Below are positions 1 through 12,622 of a DNA stretch of 36,361 nucleotides, one piece after another. Position numbers and translations under genes: made by a program. The stretch covers positions 2,576,032-2,612,392 of the forward strand of contig NC_069005.1 of assembly GCF_001194135.2 (NCBI RefSeq). The letters run 5' to 3'. Within the stretch, counting starts at the first letter, position 1, and every line of letters begins with the position of its first letter. This DNA comes from Octopus bimaculoides. Taxonomy: Eukaryota. The notes beneath the pieces are model-generated. The model was given only the letters and a program-made list of their open reading frames with translations. It had not been told where the DNA came from and searched no databases.

Positions 1-1047
1 AGAAATATGAATATACATTTGCACACTTATATACTAAGCGGGACAGAAATTACATAATTTTACACCTAAACAAGTTTATTTTGGACATAATACAATTTCA
101 AGCGAAAAAACAAACAAACATAGAAACACGGATAACAGACGCGCTGCATAGCAATATCAAAGCGAGAAAATAACAACATGTCTGCAGTGCGCCAAATTTT
201 CCAACTTTACAGCTTATATTTCATCAAATAAACACTGATAGCGAAAACTTCAATTCCATTCTGTGAGTGATAAATTCCAAAGTCTAAATTTGATTTTTCT
301 TCGATCGTATAACATGTTAATTTGTTTCATGTGTTACTGGATACGACAGCGTAACGTATAGGCCACTTGACATGTGCTGTAGTTCGTGTGATATAGTCTG
401 TAGGTATGTATGCATATATGTATGTTTTTGTGTATGTACGTATTCAAGTATGTATGTATGTATGTATGCATATATCTACATACGTTTTTATGTCATTGTA
501 GAGATTTGCTTCAAGATTTCTTGCCAACAGAGAAAGAACCGGTTTCTAACCTAGATCCAGGCTCCTTTGCTGAAATTTCAACATCGACAACAGGGTATTT
601 TTATATGTATTTATGTATGTATGCATGTATGTATGTATGCATGTATGTATGTATACGTGCACATTTTGTATGCTTTGTTTTATGTATGTCTTCTCATGCA
701 TATAGTTACGTATCTAGATATGCTCATATATTTTTAAATGCTAAGCTTTTGGAATGTTTTACAGATGTTTACAGTTAGAGTGTTGGATTGGATCTATAGT
801 TTTCGAATTAGCTTTCTTCTTTCTGGTTTTGAGAAGCCTAATTTCTGAAGATTGGTATTTAGGCAGTATGTTACATATCCCAGTGCCCCAAAAATCACAG
901 GTATAAATCTGAACCTGTAATATGTATAGAGCAAGGTATGTGTGTACATATGTATGTATGTATATTGGTAAGCAAGTATCTATCTATCTAAATTTATGTC
1001 ACGTCACACATACACAAATAAATATATATACGTGTGTGTTTGTTTGC

Positions 1048-1048
<1 letters not shown>

Positions 1049-1146
<98 letters not shown>

Positions 1147-1150
1147 TGTG
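1049..1150. repeat. (TG)n microsatellite
   Basis: Near-perfect TG dinucleotide run read directly from the sequence. Confidence 0.98.
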
Positions 1151-2039
1151 TGCATACCAGTGAACAGGCGTTTGTTGGATCATTAACGTATGTACTTTAA
1201 AGGTAAAAATAATAAACATAATTGTAATTTCCTGTTTCGATGTTACCTGCTTACAGCTAAGTAGCCAATGGTGTTTCGGTCATATTTAGATATGAGAATT
1301 CTTACTTCCTGTTAGCATCTCACAAGAAGTAAGACTTTTTCTCCTCAGGCCACCGTATGCTTCGAAAAGCACCACCTATGCTCTGCTGCAACCCCACTTT
1401 TATTTCATTTTGGATAGAGCTAGTATTCTTCTCTCTGCACATAAAACAGATGATAATTTAGAAACTAGGAAAAAGAAAAACGGCTACAAAACAGACAAAA
1501 GACAAAAATAAAATAAGGAATTTACATGTCTAAAAGCAAGGCAACATTTTTCTGGAATATTCTCCCGTGGCTATTCAAATTAAAATTAAAGAAATAAAAA
1601 ATAAATATCAACAAGAAAAAAACAGAATGGTTTAGAATCTCATTTCAATGTCTTTTTTTATTCTTTAATTACCATCACAATTGAATTCTTTTGTTTCTCT
1701 ATCTGTTCTTTTACAATGTGCTTTCTTTAAAACACAAAATAATGCCGAACTGGACAAAATGCCGTTAAACAGAATAGTTTCTTAACATTATTTGTGAGGT
1801 TAGCACAAAAGCATATTAACGCTCTAAAGAAATGTCAGGTTTTACATTATCATCACGATCAATTTGCATCGCGAAGAGATCGCTGATCTGCTCTGGTTGG
1901 TGTCAACATGGAAGCTAATTGTAAGTTCGAATGTCAAATTGAGACGGCGGTGATTCGTTTTGAGTGTAACTACTATGGCGAGATCGTTTCCGTTACATAC
2001 ACTTGAGTATATGTATATGTTTGTGTGAGTGTGTATTTG

Positions 2040-2250
2040 TGTGTGTATCTGTGTGTATCTGTGTGTATCTGTGTCTTTTTGTTTGTCCGTCAACATTGCT
2101 TTACAACCGTTGTTTGTTTGTTGTTTTAGAGATTCCGCCACCAGTGATCGATAGAATAAGTCCTAGGCTTTAAAATGAGTACCCAGGGTGGGGGCAATTT
2201 GTTCGACTGAACCCTCGAAGGTGGTGCCCCATCATGTCTGCAGCCCCAGC
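2040..2250 (+). mobile_element. SINE family B, degenerate 3' half
   Basis: Reverse-complement similarity to 19462-19720 and 5597-5850 (gtttgtcc..caacattgctttacaaccg..gatagaataagtcctaggctt..gttcgact..ggtggtgccccatcatg), starting at a TG-rich tract. Confidence 0.6.
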
Positions 2251-2659
2251 AATCACATTATAAGAGATAACACGGAGATGCTCCGAATGAAATGTGTGAG
2301 AAGCGAACGTAAAGTCGCATTTAGAATGCTAGTAACCAAGACTAAATTGCTTTAGTCTAATTTTGTGTAATTAAACATCCTCTAATTCATACTCACGCAC
2401 TTAGAACATGTGTTGTTTGTACTCACACAATTTATAATTTGTCTGTCCCCAAAAGATCAGCAATGAAGTAGAAATGTGATTCATCGTACAAATCGAACTA
2501 GGAAGACGCAATTTTTATGATCTGTATATACTTTCCCAGGTTGTTACAGTCTTCTATATTATATCTTTTACTTGTTTCACTCAAATCTATTGCCACTAGG
2601 CTGGTCATCATCTTGAAGGCTCTAGTTGAAGACATCGATCCGAGCACTACATGAAGAAA

Positions 2660-2757
2660 AAAAGAAAACATTGGTGGTAGTTATTCTGTCGTCATTACTT
2701 GCTGAACCCCAACACCGCTTGTGAAAGGGTGATGGAAACAAACACAGATCGGAAGAG
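2660..2757 (-). mobile_element. SINE family B, short fragment running into a gap
   Basis: ggtagttattctgtcgtcattacttgctgaac..ggtgatggaaacaaacacaga resembles 19540-19650; a (CA)n tract follows the gap. Confidence 0.4.
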
Positions 2758-2943
2758 NNNNNNNNNNNNNNNNNNNNNNNNNNNNNNNNNNNNNNNNNNN
2801 NNNNNNNNNNNNNNNNNNNNNNNNNNNNNNNNNNNNNNNNNNNNNNNNNNNNNNNNNNNNNNNNNNNNNNNNNNNNNNNNNNNNNNNNNNNNNNNNNNNN
2901 NNNNNNNNNNNNNNNNNNNNNNNNNNNNNNNNNNNNNNNNNNN

Positions 2944-3012
<69 letters not shown>

Positions 3013-3074
3013 CATGTTTGCATGGATCTATGTATGTATATATATATATATATATATATATCATGGACTCTCCA

Positions 3075-3327
3075 GGCGTTAGGCGACGTATGATTTGTTT
3101 ATAGTGATCAAATGTGTGTGTACACGTAAGCTCACTCCCTCCATCAGATTAGCATCACCTGTACAGGTGAACCATATGCCACATGTCAGACAACGAAATG
3201 ATCGTAGAACAATGTGAAATGAAGTGCTTTGCTTAAAAACACAACACAATGCAACGCCCGGTCTGGGGATCGATCCTCCAATCTCGCAATCGTAAGGGCA
3301 ATAACCTAACCACTAAACTATGCGCCA
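3075..3327 (-). mobile_element. tRNA-derived SINE family C (CORE-like), near full length
   Basis: Minus strand begins GGCGCATAGTTTAGTGGTTAGG (A-box-like), then GGATCGATCCCC (B-box-like), then a ttaagcaaagcacttcatttcac CORE-like segment. Homologous to 7410-7679 and 27195-27322. Confidence 0.75.
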
Positions 3328-3328
3328 G

Positions 3329-3376
<48 letters not shown>

Positions 3377-4155
3377 ATATATACATACATACATACATAC
3401 AAGCACTTACACATCATGTATATGATACAGATTAAGAATATATTTAATATTAAGAACAAATACATATACACACATATATATAGCTCGTTTTGAATTGCTT
3501 ATAGTTCTCATCATTTACTTATGTTGTAATATCCCCATCTTAAAGTATCCACCTTTGTCCTTTTGGCAATTCACGAGAACATAGCTAAGTTTTTTACACT
3601 CTCCATTAAGGGCTATTGTTTATATTAGGAAGACAGCTTAAACTTAATATCTACGAGTCTAAAAATCAAATCAAGAAAACATACAACGTTTTAACGCCTC
3701 GCTCATATTATTTAATTTCTCCCATTTTTATATATATTATACACGTTTGTTTTTCTTTGTTTGCCTGGTTTGTTTTTAATTTCCTGTTCTAAGATATCCC
3801 AGACACACATTTTCTTTTATTATACAATTTATCCGTAGGACTTGCGGTAGGAGAAATTTGAATTATACGTAAACAAACTTTTGCCATTGTTACTGTATTT
3901 AAAAGAGGGAGAAAATACAAAATGGAAGAAAGGCGTGAAAGAACGAAGGAGAGATAGAAAGAGAGAGTGGGGGAGTATATGGTGGAGAAAGACAGGAAAA
4001 TGGAGGAGGTAGATTGAAATTGAAACGTTAATGCAATCGCCGGTATTTAAGAGTGGAAAAAAAAGGAAAAGAAGAAATCGGCAACAGGGTTAGAATAAGA
4101 GAAATTCTCAGGCGGATAAAGATGGGTAGGTAGGCAGGGAGATAGAAAGATAAAT

Positions 4156-4214
<59 letters not shown>

Positions 4215-4604
4215 NNNNNNNNNNNNNNNNNNNNNNNNNNNNNNNNNNNNNNNNNNNNNNNNNNNNNNNNNNNNNNNNNNNNNNNNNNNNNNNNNNNNNN
4301 NNNNNNNNNNNNNNNNNNNNNNNNNNNNNNNNNNNNNNNNNNNNNNNNNNNNNNNNNNNNNNNNNNNNNNNNNNNNNNNNNNNNNNNNNNNNNNNNNNNN
4401 NNNNNNNNNNNNNNNNNNNNNNNNNNNNNNNNNNNNNNNNNNNNNNNNNNNNNNNNNNNNNNNNNNNNNNNNNNNNNNNNNNNNNNNNNNNNNNNNNNNN
4501 NNNNNNNNNNNNNNNNNNNNNNNNNNNNNNNNNNNNNNNNNNNNNNNNNNNNNNNNNNNNNNNNNNNNNNNNNNNNNNNNNNNNNNNNNNNNNNNNNNNN
4601 NNNN

Positions 4605-4646
4605 GTAGATAGATTAGATGAATAGATAGGTAGACAGATTAGATGA

Positions 4647-4691
<45 letters not shown>

Positions 4692-4945
4692 CAGACAAAT
4701 CGACAGACATACAGACAGACAGATAGATAGAGAGATACATACATACATACATACATACATACGTACGTACATACATACATACCTACGTACGCACATACAT
4801 ACACACATACATACATACATACATATTAGATAGATACATACATACATCTTAGATAGATACATACATACATATTAGATAGATACATACATACATCTTAGAT
4901 AGATACATACATACATATTAGATAGATACATACATACATACATAC
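4605..4945. repeat. Compound (GATA)n/(CATA)n microsatellite containing a 23-bp tandem repeat at 4826-4940
   Basis: Five units of TTAGATAGATACATACATACAT(A/C) read directly. Confidence 0.9.
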
Positions 4946-5596
4946 ATTCATACGTAAAAAAATAGACAGCTATTTGCTTGTGAGTATGTGAAAACAGACC
5001 GAGTCCATCACAGTAATGATGATTAGATTGTTACACTCACTGTTATCAAATATTTCTTCAGGAAATCAAATATTTGTTTATTAATTCTGTATTCATTATT
5101 AAAAAACATTTCAATGTAAAAATTATGCTACACAGCGACGTATTAACAAACTTAATAACACGAAAAGTGTTGCATGATACCCCAAACATACCTAACTATA
5201 TAACCACACGTATNNNNNNNNNNNNNNNNNNNNNNNNNNNNNNNNNNNNNNNNNNNNNNNNNNNNNNNNNNNNNNNNNNNNNNNNNNNNNNNNNNNNNNN
5301 NNNNNNNNNNNNNNNNNNNNNNNNNNNNNNNNNNNNNNNNNNNNNNNNNNNNNNNNNNNNNNNNNNNNNNNNNNNNNNNNNNNNNNNNNNNNNNNNNNNN
5401 NNNNNNNNNNNNNNNNNNNNNNNNNNNNNNNNNNNNNNNNNNNNNNNNNNNNNNNNNNNNNNNNNNNNNNNNNNNNNNNNNNNNNNNNNNNNNNNNNNNN
5501 NNNNNNNNNNNNNNNNNNNNNNNNNNNNNNNNNNNNNNNNNNNNNNNNNNNNNNNNNNNNNNNNNNNNNNNNNNNNNNNNNNNNNNNNATATATAT

Positions 5597-5747
5597 TCTT
5601 TTATACTTTCAGTCATTTGATTGTAGCCATGATGGAGCACCGCCTTGTTAGTTGACCAAATCGACCTCAGGAATTTTTGTTGAACTGCTAGGTTATGGGG
5701 ACGTAAGCACACTAGCATCGGTAGTCTAGCGATTTTAGGGGACAAGT

Positions 5748-5789
<42 letters not shown>

Positions 5790-5850
5790 GCACGCAAATA
5801 CGACCGTCTTCTTTCAGTTTCTGTCTACCGTATCAGCAAATCTTAGGCTT
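5597..5850 (-). mobile_element. SINE family B with internal (CA)n, head missing
   Basis: tcagtcatttgattgtagccatgatggagcaccgcc..ggttatggggacgtaagcacactagcatcggt..(CA)n..cgaccgtcttctttcagtttctgtctacc. Colinear with 19462-19720 and with the reverse complement of 15725-15770. Confidence 0.8.
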
Positions 5851-6299
5851 TAATTAATTTTCGATCCGATGGCATCAAAATTACATCACCTATCAATTTT
5901 TCTTGTTCAGTTCTCCAGACTTGATTTTCGACATTAGAACAATGAGACTGTGACACGTGACGAGATATGGTAGAAGATTTGAGCGGTGGTGTGGGTTCGA
6001 CCTGGGATTGTGCGGCTTTTACCGAGGTAGATAAACGACCGTGAGACACGAAGAAAGAAGGTTCGTGTAGAAAATTGGACCAGAAGAAGGAACAAAATGG
6101 TGAATTATTGTAAATGAACAGAAAGTAGAGGATGGAGGAGAAATATTTAAGAGAGCTGGCGAATGAGGGAGAGAGAAAAACAGTTAGATGGAAAGAGGGT
6201 ATGTGACAGAGTGAGAGAGAGAGAGAAAAAGAGAGAGAATAGGGGGAAGAAAGACAGAGGTGGGGTGAGAGAGAGAGAGAGGGGAATGGTGGCTATGAC

Positions 6300-7260
6300 C
6301 AAGATTTGGAGAGAATTGTGAAGTGGGAGTAGTCTAAATTTGGTGTAGCGAAAGTAATTAAAGGGGCTAAAATTAGTGAGGAGGTACGGGAGTTGAACAT
6401 AACACTTTGATTGGGCAATAAGAAGCGGGGGGAGTGGAGCAGATATTGGAGAGCATCAATCAGGGGTGAGTGGGTGAGGGAATGAGGGAATGACGGAGTA
6501 ACGATTTGGAAAATAGGGAGCAGAAATGGGTAGGAGACTGTAAATGGGTGTAAGGAAAGTGAAAGATGGATTAAGGAATTCGATGGAGATTAAGGAATGT
6601 GTGTGTGGGGGTTGAGTGGTTGGGTGTTGAGAGAGAGCAAGGTCAAGGATTGGTTAGACGGAAATGGTAAAAGGAAGAGGGCAATATTTTAGCCGTTCGA
6701 AAAGAGGTGGGCAGGAATTGGTCAGAGGGAATAACGAGTGAGAAAGGCAGACCCAAATGAATTGAAGAGGAAACGAAAGTGAAAGCGGATTTTGGACATT
6801 CGTTAGAATAATGGTGAAGAGGGAATCGATGTTCACTGAAGTAAGACGATAACGCCAGGGAAAACAGAAATTGGTGAACCTCTCTTTTGGAGAATGGGAT
6901 GTGGGATGGGGGTGAGGGTGGGCGTTTATTGGATAGGGTAAAACAGGGTGTGAGGGACGGATAATTAAAATGAGAATTGAAACAATTATGATGCAGATAA
7001 TAATTAAAGAGGAACGGGTACTGAAGTGGAGAATTATATGGAAGGGTACAAAGTAGGGAAGCTAAATTGGTGATATCTTCGGTAATTGCAGTGAAGGGAG
7101 AAACGGGGTATCAGTAAAATATTTAAAGGAGGAGAAATGTGGGAGTGAGGATAATTATTGGGGCAGGTTTAATAGCAGGGGAACAAAATTATAAAGAACA
7201 GTGATAATGGGAGATGCCACTAAATATTTAGCAGGGGTGTGGGAGGAAAAGAGAGTGGAG
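6300..7260 (-). mobile_element. Possible highly decayed Penelope-like retroelement RT relic
   Basis: About 1 kb with strong purine skew on +. The minus strand gives VNIDSLFTII (resembles PLE RT motif LDVxSLFTNIP) followed by LDLALSQHPTTQPPHTHSLI..SFTF (resembles FLDxRPxxQPPTHTLI..NSFTF). Stops and frameshifts throughout. Confidence 0.3.
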
Positions 7261-7409
7261 TTTTAACTTATCTATTATACACACGGAATAAGTATGTTAA
7301 ACAAAAATGGTTTTACTATTCATATTTGTACGCGTGCGCACACATAAACACATACACTCACGCACACGTATACACACCTCAGTAGTCTCTCGTGGTACGA
7401 GAGAAAATG

Positions 7410-7679
7410 GTTGTACAGTTTCTTGGTGAACGACCTGCAGAAATGGTTTGTCCCTACCGACGAAATGTTCGAGCCATACGTTAGTTCACGCCTTCAATCA
7501 CATCGACGTTACCTGAACAGGTGTACACGGTGTACCATACGTTAGATGCCGAAGCGATCGCGGAGCAACGTGAGATGTAGTTTGTTGTACAAGAACACAA
7601 CGCACCATCTGATCCAGAGATTGAAACCAGGATCTTGCGATCGTGAGCGGTGCTCGTTAATCACAACACCATGCGCCTT
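7410..7679 (-). mobile_element. SINE family C, near full length, degenerate
   Basis: Colinear with 3075-3327 (acctgaacaggtg, gagcaacgtgagatgtagtttg..aagaacacaacgcac..ttgcgatcgtgag..atgcgcc). Confidence 0.7.
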
Positions 7680-7795
7680 CTCTCTCCCTTTTTATCTCCA
7701 CCTCTCTCTCAAACACACAGACAGAAGCACAGACACACCCGCACACACAGACACACGCACACACACTAAAACATGGCTAGATATATGAATATATA

Positions 7796-7840
<45 letters not shown>

Positions 7841-8339
7841 GNNNNNNNNNNNNNNNNNNNNNNNNNNNNNNNNNNNNNNNNNNNNNNNNNNNNNNNNNNN
7901 NNNNNNNNNNNNNNNNNNNNNNNNNNNNNNNNNNNNNNNNNNNNNNNNNNNNNNNNNNNNNNNNNNNNNNNNNNNNNNNNNNNNNNNNNNNNNNNNNNNN
8001 NNNNNNNNNNNNNNNNNNNNNNNNNNNNNNNNNNNNNNNNNNNNNNNNNNNNNNNNNNNNNNNNNNNNNNNNNNNNNNNNNNNNNNNNNNNNNNNNNNNN
8101 NNNNNNNNNNNNNNNNNNNNNNNNNNNNNNNNNNNNNNNNNNNNNNNNNNNNNNNNNNNNNNNNNNNNNNNNNNNNNNNNNNNNNNNNNNNNNNNNNNNN
8201 NNNNNNNNNNNNNNNNNNNNNNNNNNNNNNNNNNNNNNNNNNNNNNNNNNNNNNNNNNNNNNNNNNNNNNNNNNNNNNNNNNNNNNNNNNNNNNNNNNNN
8301 NNNNNNNNNNNNNNNNNNNNNNNNNNNNNNNNNNNNNNN

Positions 8340-8428
<89 letters not shown>

Positions 8429-8438
8429 CAACAACAAC
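8340..8438. repeat. (AAT)n then (AAC)n microsatellite
   Basis: Read directly; it emerges from a gap. Confidence 0.97.
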
Positions 8439-8576
8439 TGGTATTTCTTTTATCGATCGCGAAAGTATAAAATGTAAAGTCAAATTGGAAGGAATATGGA
8501 CTCGGAATGTAAAGATTGAGGAAATGACACGAAGCATTTAGTCCAATATGCTAACCATTCTGCCAGCTTGCCGCTT

Positions 8577-8578
<2 letters not shown>
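8439..8578 (-). mobile_element. SINE family A, degenerate, 3'-truncated
   Basis: tggtatttcttttatcgatcgcgaaag..gtaaagtcaa..ggactcggaatgtaaag..agcatttagtcc..gctaaccattctgccagcttgccgc is colinear with 29871-30101. Confidence 0.75.
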
Positions 8579-8649
<71 letters not shown>

Positions 8650-8655
8650 TAATAA
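8579..8655. repeat. (AAT)n microsatellite
   Basis: Read directly. Confidence 0.97.
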
Positions 8656-9196
8656 TGTCAGTGATAAAAATAATGATCAATGAATGCGTAAACAACACAA
8701 AACAAGAAGCTGACGGTAAAAGCAGAGGCGATGAAATGACACCGGAAAAGATCTTCTAATACGAAAGTTAAACACGTAACATGAGGCGTTGCTTTCCAAC
8801 AATTGATTTAAGGGTTAAAGTAAAAAAAACAAAGGTTATCTGTAGCTGACAATCATTTCAATACGGAATGAAACTCAGCACCATTTCAAGAAAAGAAAAA
8901 AAAAAGAAAAAAACACACACACACACACACACTGGAAAAGGAAGTAAAAAAATATAATGAGAATAAAATAGAAAAAAATATTATCAGAAAGAAAAGAAAA
9001 TAACGCAATTTAATCCACACGTACACACGTTTGCTGACCTGCTACGAAATTCGCAAAGCAAATGTGGATATGTGGGTATATGTGTATGTATGTATGTATG
9101 TATGTATCTATGCATGCGAATGTGTGTATGTACGTGAGTATGTATGTGTGTATGTATGTTTGTAGGTATGTATGAATGGATTTTTATACTCGTACA

Positions 9197-9306
<110 letters not shown>

Positions 9307-10170
9307 NNNNNNNNNNNNNNNNNNNNNNNNNNNNNNNNNNNNNNNNNNNNNNNNNNNNNNNNNNNNNNNNNNNNNNNNNNNNNNNNNNNNNNNNNNNNNN
9401 NNNNNNNNNNNNNNNNNNNNNNNNNNNNNNNNNNNNNNNNNNNNNNNNNNNNNNNNNNNNNNNNNNNNNNNNNNNNNNNNNNNNNNNNNNNNNNNNNNNN
9501 NNNNNNNNNNNNNNNNNNNNNNNNNNNNNNNNNNNNNNNNNNNNNNNNNNNNNNNNNNNNNNNNNNNNNNNNNNNNNNNNNNNNNNNNNNNNNNNNNNNN
9601 NNNNNNNNNNNNNNNNNNNNNNNNNNNNNNNNNNNNNNNNNNNNNNNNNNNNNNNNNNNNNNNNNNNNNNNNNNNNNNNNNNNNNNNNNNNNNNNNNNNN
9701 NNNNNNNNNNNNNNNNNNNNNNNNNNNNNNNNNNNNNNNNNNNNNNNNNNNNNNNNNNNNNNNNNNNNNNNNNNNNNNNNNNNNNNNNNNNNNNNNNNNN
9801 NNNNNNNNNNNNNNNNNNNNNNNNNNNNNNNNNNNNNNNNNTATATACGTATGTGTGTCTGTGTGTGTGTGCGTGCGGGTATATGCTTGTATGTGTAATT
9901 GTTTGGTGTGAAGTAATGAAGCTGACATTTCTGATACAGAACTTTAATTCGAAATTGCACTTCCCTTATTAATTAAACTTCCTAAAAATATCGAATCCTC
10001 AAATTAAAACGCGCGGCCAGTAAAGTTGATATGGTAGCTATACGGTGTTTCCAGTGACATTTTTAAAAATACGCGTATGCGCACAAGTAATGTCGTTATG
10101 TGTGCCTAGGTATGAGTGTATGTGTATGCATGCCTGTGCTAATGTGCTTGGGTGTGGGGGTGTAAATATG

Positions 10171-10208
<38 letters not shown>

Positions 10209-10986
10209 TGTGTAAATGAATGAAATGAATAGGCTATAGAGGCAGCGAATTGTAGAGACATACACACGCTGGAGAGAATTCTTGTGTACATATGTATGTA
10301 TGTATATGTACATATACATACGCGCACACACACACGCACACACACGCACACACACACACACACACACAGAGAAACACACTCACACACACACATGCAGACA
10401 CATATATGTTTAAGTGTGTGTCTGTATGTAAACACACACACATATAAATATATTATATATATATATATATATATANNNNNNNNNNNNNNNNNNNNNNNNN
10501 NNNNNNNNNNNNNNNNNNNNNNNNNNNNNNNNNNNNNNNNNNNNNNNNNNNNNNNNNNNNNNNNNNNNNNNNNNNNNNNNNNNNNNNNNNNNNNNNNNNN
10601 NNNNNNNNNNNNNNNNNNNNNNNNNNNNNNNNNNNNNNNNNNNNNNNNNNNNNNNNNNNNNNNNNNNNNNNNNNNNNNNNNNNNNNNNNNNNNNNNNNNN
10701 NNNNNNNNNNNNNNNNNNNNNNNNNNNNNNNNNNNNNNNNNNNNNNNNNNNNNNNNNNNNNNNNNNNNNNNNNNNNNNNNNNNNNNNNNNNNNNNNNNNN
10801 NNNNNNNNNNNNNNNNNNNNNNNNNNNNNNNNNNNNNNNNNNNNNNNNNNNNNNNNNTATACATACATATATATGGCGGGGTGTATATATGTATGTACGT
10901 GTTTGTCTTATATAAAAGTTATATACAAGTTATATAAAAGATTGAATGATCACTGAAAAACACACAAAAACAAAGCAACGCACACA

Positions 10987-11031
<45 letters not shown>

Positions 11032-11501
11032 ACACACGTACCCAAACGCATATAAACGCACGCGTATAAACTCACACACATACACACATATTTCCCCAAA
11101 TAGACAACAGTCCCCACTCATTTAGCAACCGATACCGAGAGAGGCAGAGAGGAAGATAGAGAGAAAGAGAGAGCGCGGGAGGGATGGAGGGAGTTAGAGA
11201 ATAAGAGGAAGAATCGGGGAGAGACGTGTGGAAACAGTCACCTCCTACCCCACTGGCAACAGTCATTAATCATGATAGATAAATCAATTGTCAAGGAACG
11301 TTGCACTTGTAATTAAAAATGTTGTCTACGTCAGCTTTTTCTCTCCTGAACGCATCACAAGAGGAGCCTCCACTCGCACACAAACACACATCAAATGCTC
11401 TTCTTACACACACACACACACACACACACNNNNNNNNNNNNNNNNNNNNNNNNNNNNNNNNNNNNNNNNNNNNNNNNNNNNNNNNNNNNNNNNNNNNNNN
11501 N

Positions 11502-11545
<44 letters not shown>

Positions 11546-11817
11546 TGTCTCTGCCTTCCTTTCTCCGTCTCGTTCTTCATCTGCGATTGCAACACGCATA
11601 TATACTCGCTCAATATCACATTTACATACAATCCGTTCACGCAGGTATTTTTTATAACATAACACATAACACGCTTTTACATATGTAAACACACACATAC
11701 ATCCTCGCACAAACACACACACACTCACGCACACACATATATATGTATACATACACATATACGTCTATATACATACACGTACACATACACACTTATATAC
11801 ATATGTGTGTGTATGTA

Positions 11818-11879
<62 letters not shown>

Positions 11880-12360
11880 GAGAGAGTGAGAGAGAGTGAG
11901 AGAGATAGATGGAGATAAGAAGACAGAGCGATGGTTAAATAGATAGATTGTTAGGTAGGTAGGCAGGTAAGTAAGTAAGTAGGTAGATGGGTAAGTAGGT
12001 AGGTAAATGAATAAATAGAAAGAAGGATAGATATATAGATTGGAAGACAAACGTATTGATGGACAGATAGATAGTAATAATGTATAAGCATTTCACAGTT
12101 ATGCCAAAAATACTTTTTCCTTGCAAAGTGATTGGTTTAAGAATTCACAGCCAAAAATGAAAACCATTCCATTTACAACGATCGGAGAGTGTCTTGAGAA
12201 ATGTCTCTAGTTCAGTGAAACAGATTAAAGCTACATAAAATAGGAATTCAATGAGCGATTGCTTAGAAACACTTTCGTTTCAATTGCGCAGTTTGACTTT
12301 AATGTCATAATTATCAATTAATATTTTAAATTATCTAATATCTGTTTTTATATATTATAT

Positions 12361-12586
12361 TTGTTTCACTTATTGGTTTGCGGCCATGCTGGGGTACTGC
12401 GTTGAAGTGTTGTTTAGTTGAAGCAATGGACACCAGTTGTTATTTTTTCAAGCCATGAAGTTATTCCGTCAGTTTCTTTGCCGATATGGTAAATTACGGG
12501 GATGTAAACAAACTAACATCGGTTGTTGAGCTGTCATGATGCAAAGACATAAGCACGGAGACATACACACACATACAACTATATGT

Positions 12587-12621
<35 letters not shown>

Positions 12622-12622
12622 C
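12361..12622 (-). mobile_element. SINE family B, 3' half plus internal microsatellite
   Basis: ttgtttcacttattggtttgcggccatgctgggg..aattacggggatgtaaacaaactaacatcggttgttgagc matches 19481-19625. The same copy appears to resume at 13022. Confidence 0.75.

Noticed and set aside
4826-4940. CRISPR-like reading of regularly spaced 23-bp repeats
   Set aside because: The units are directly adjacent with no unique spacers, there are no cas genes, and the context is eukaryotic.
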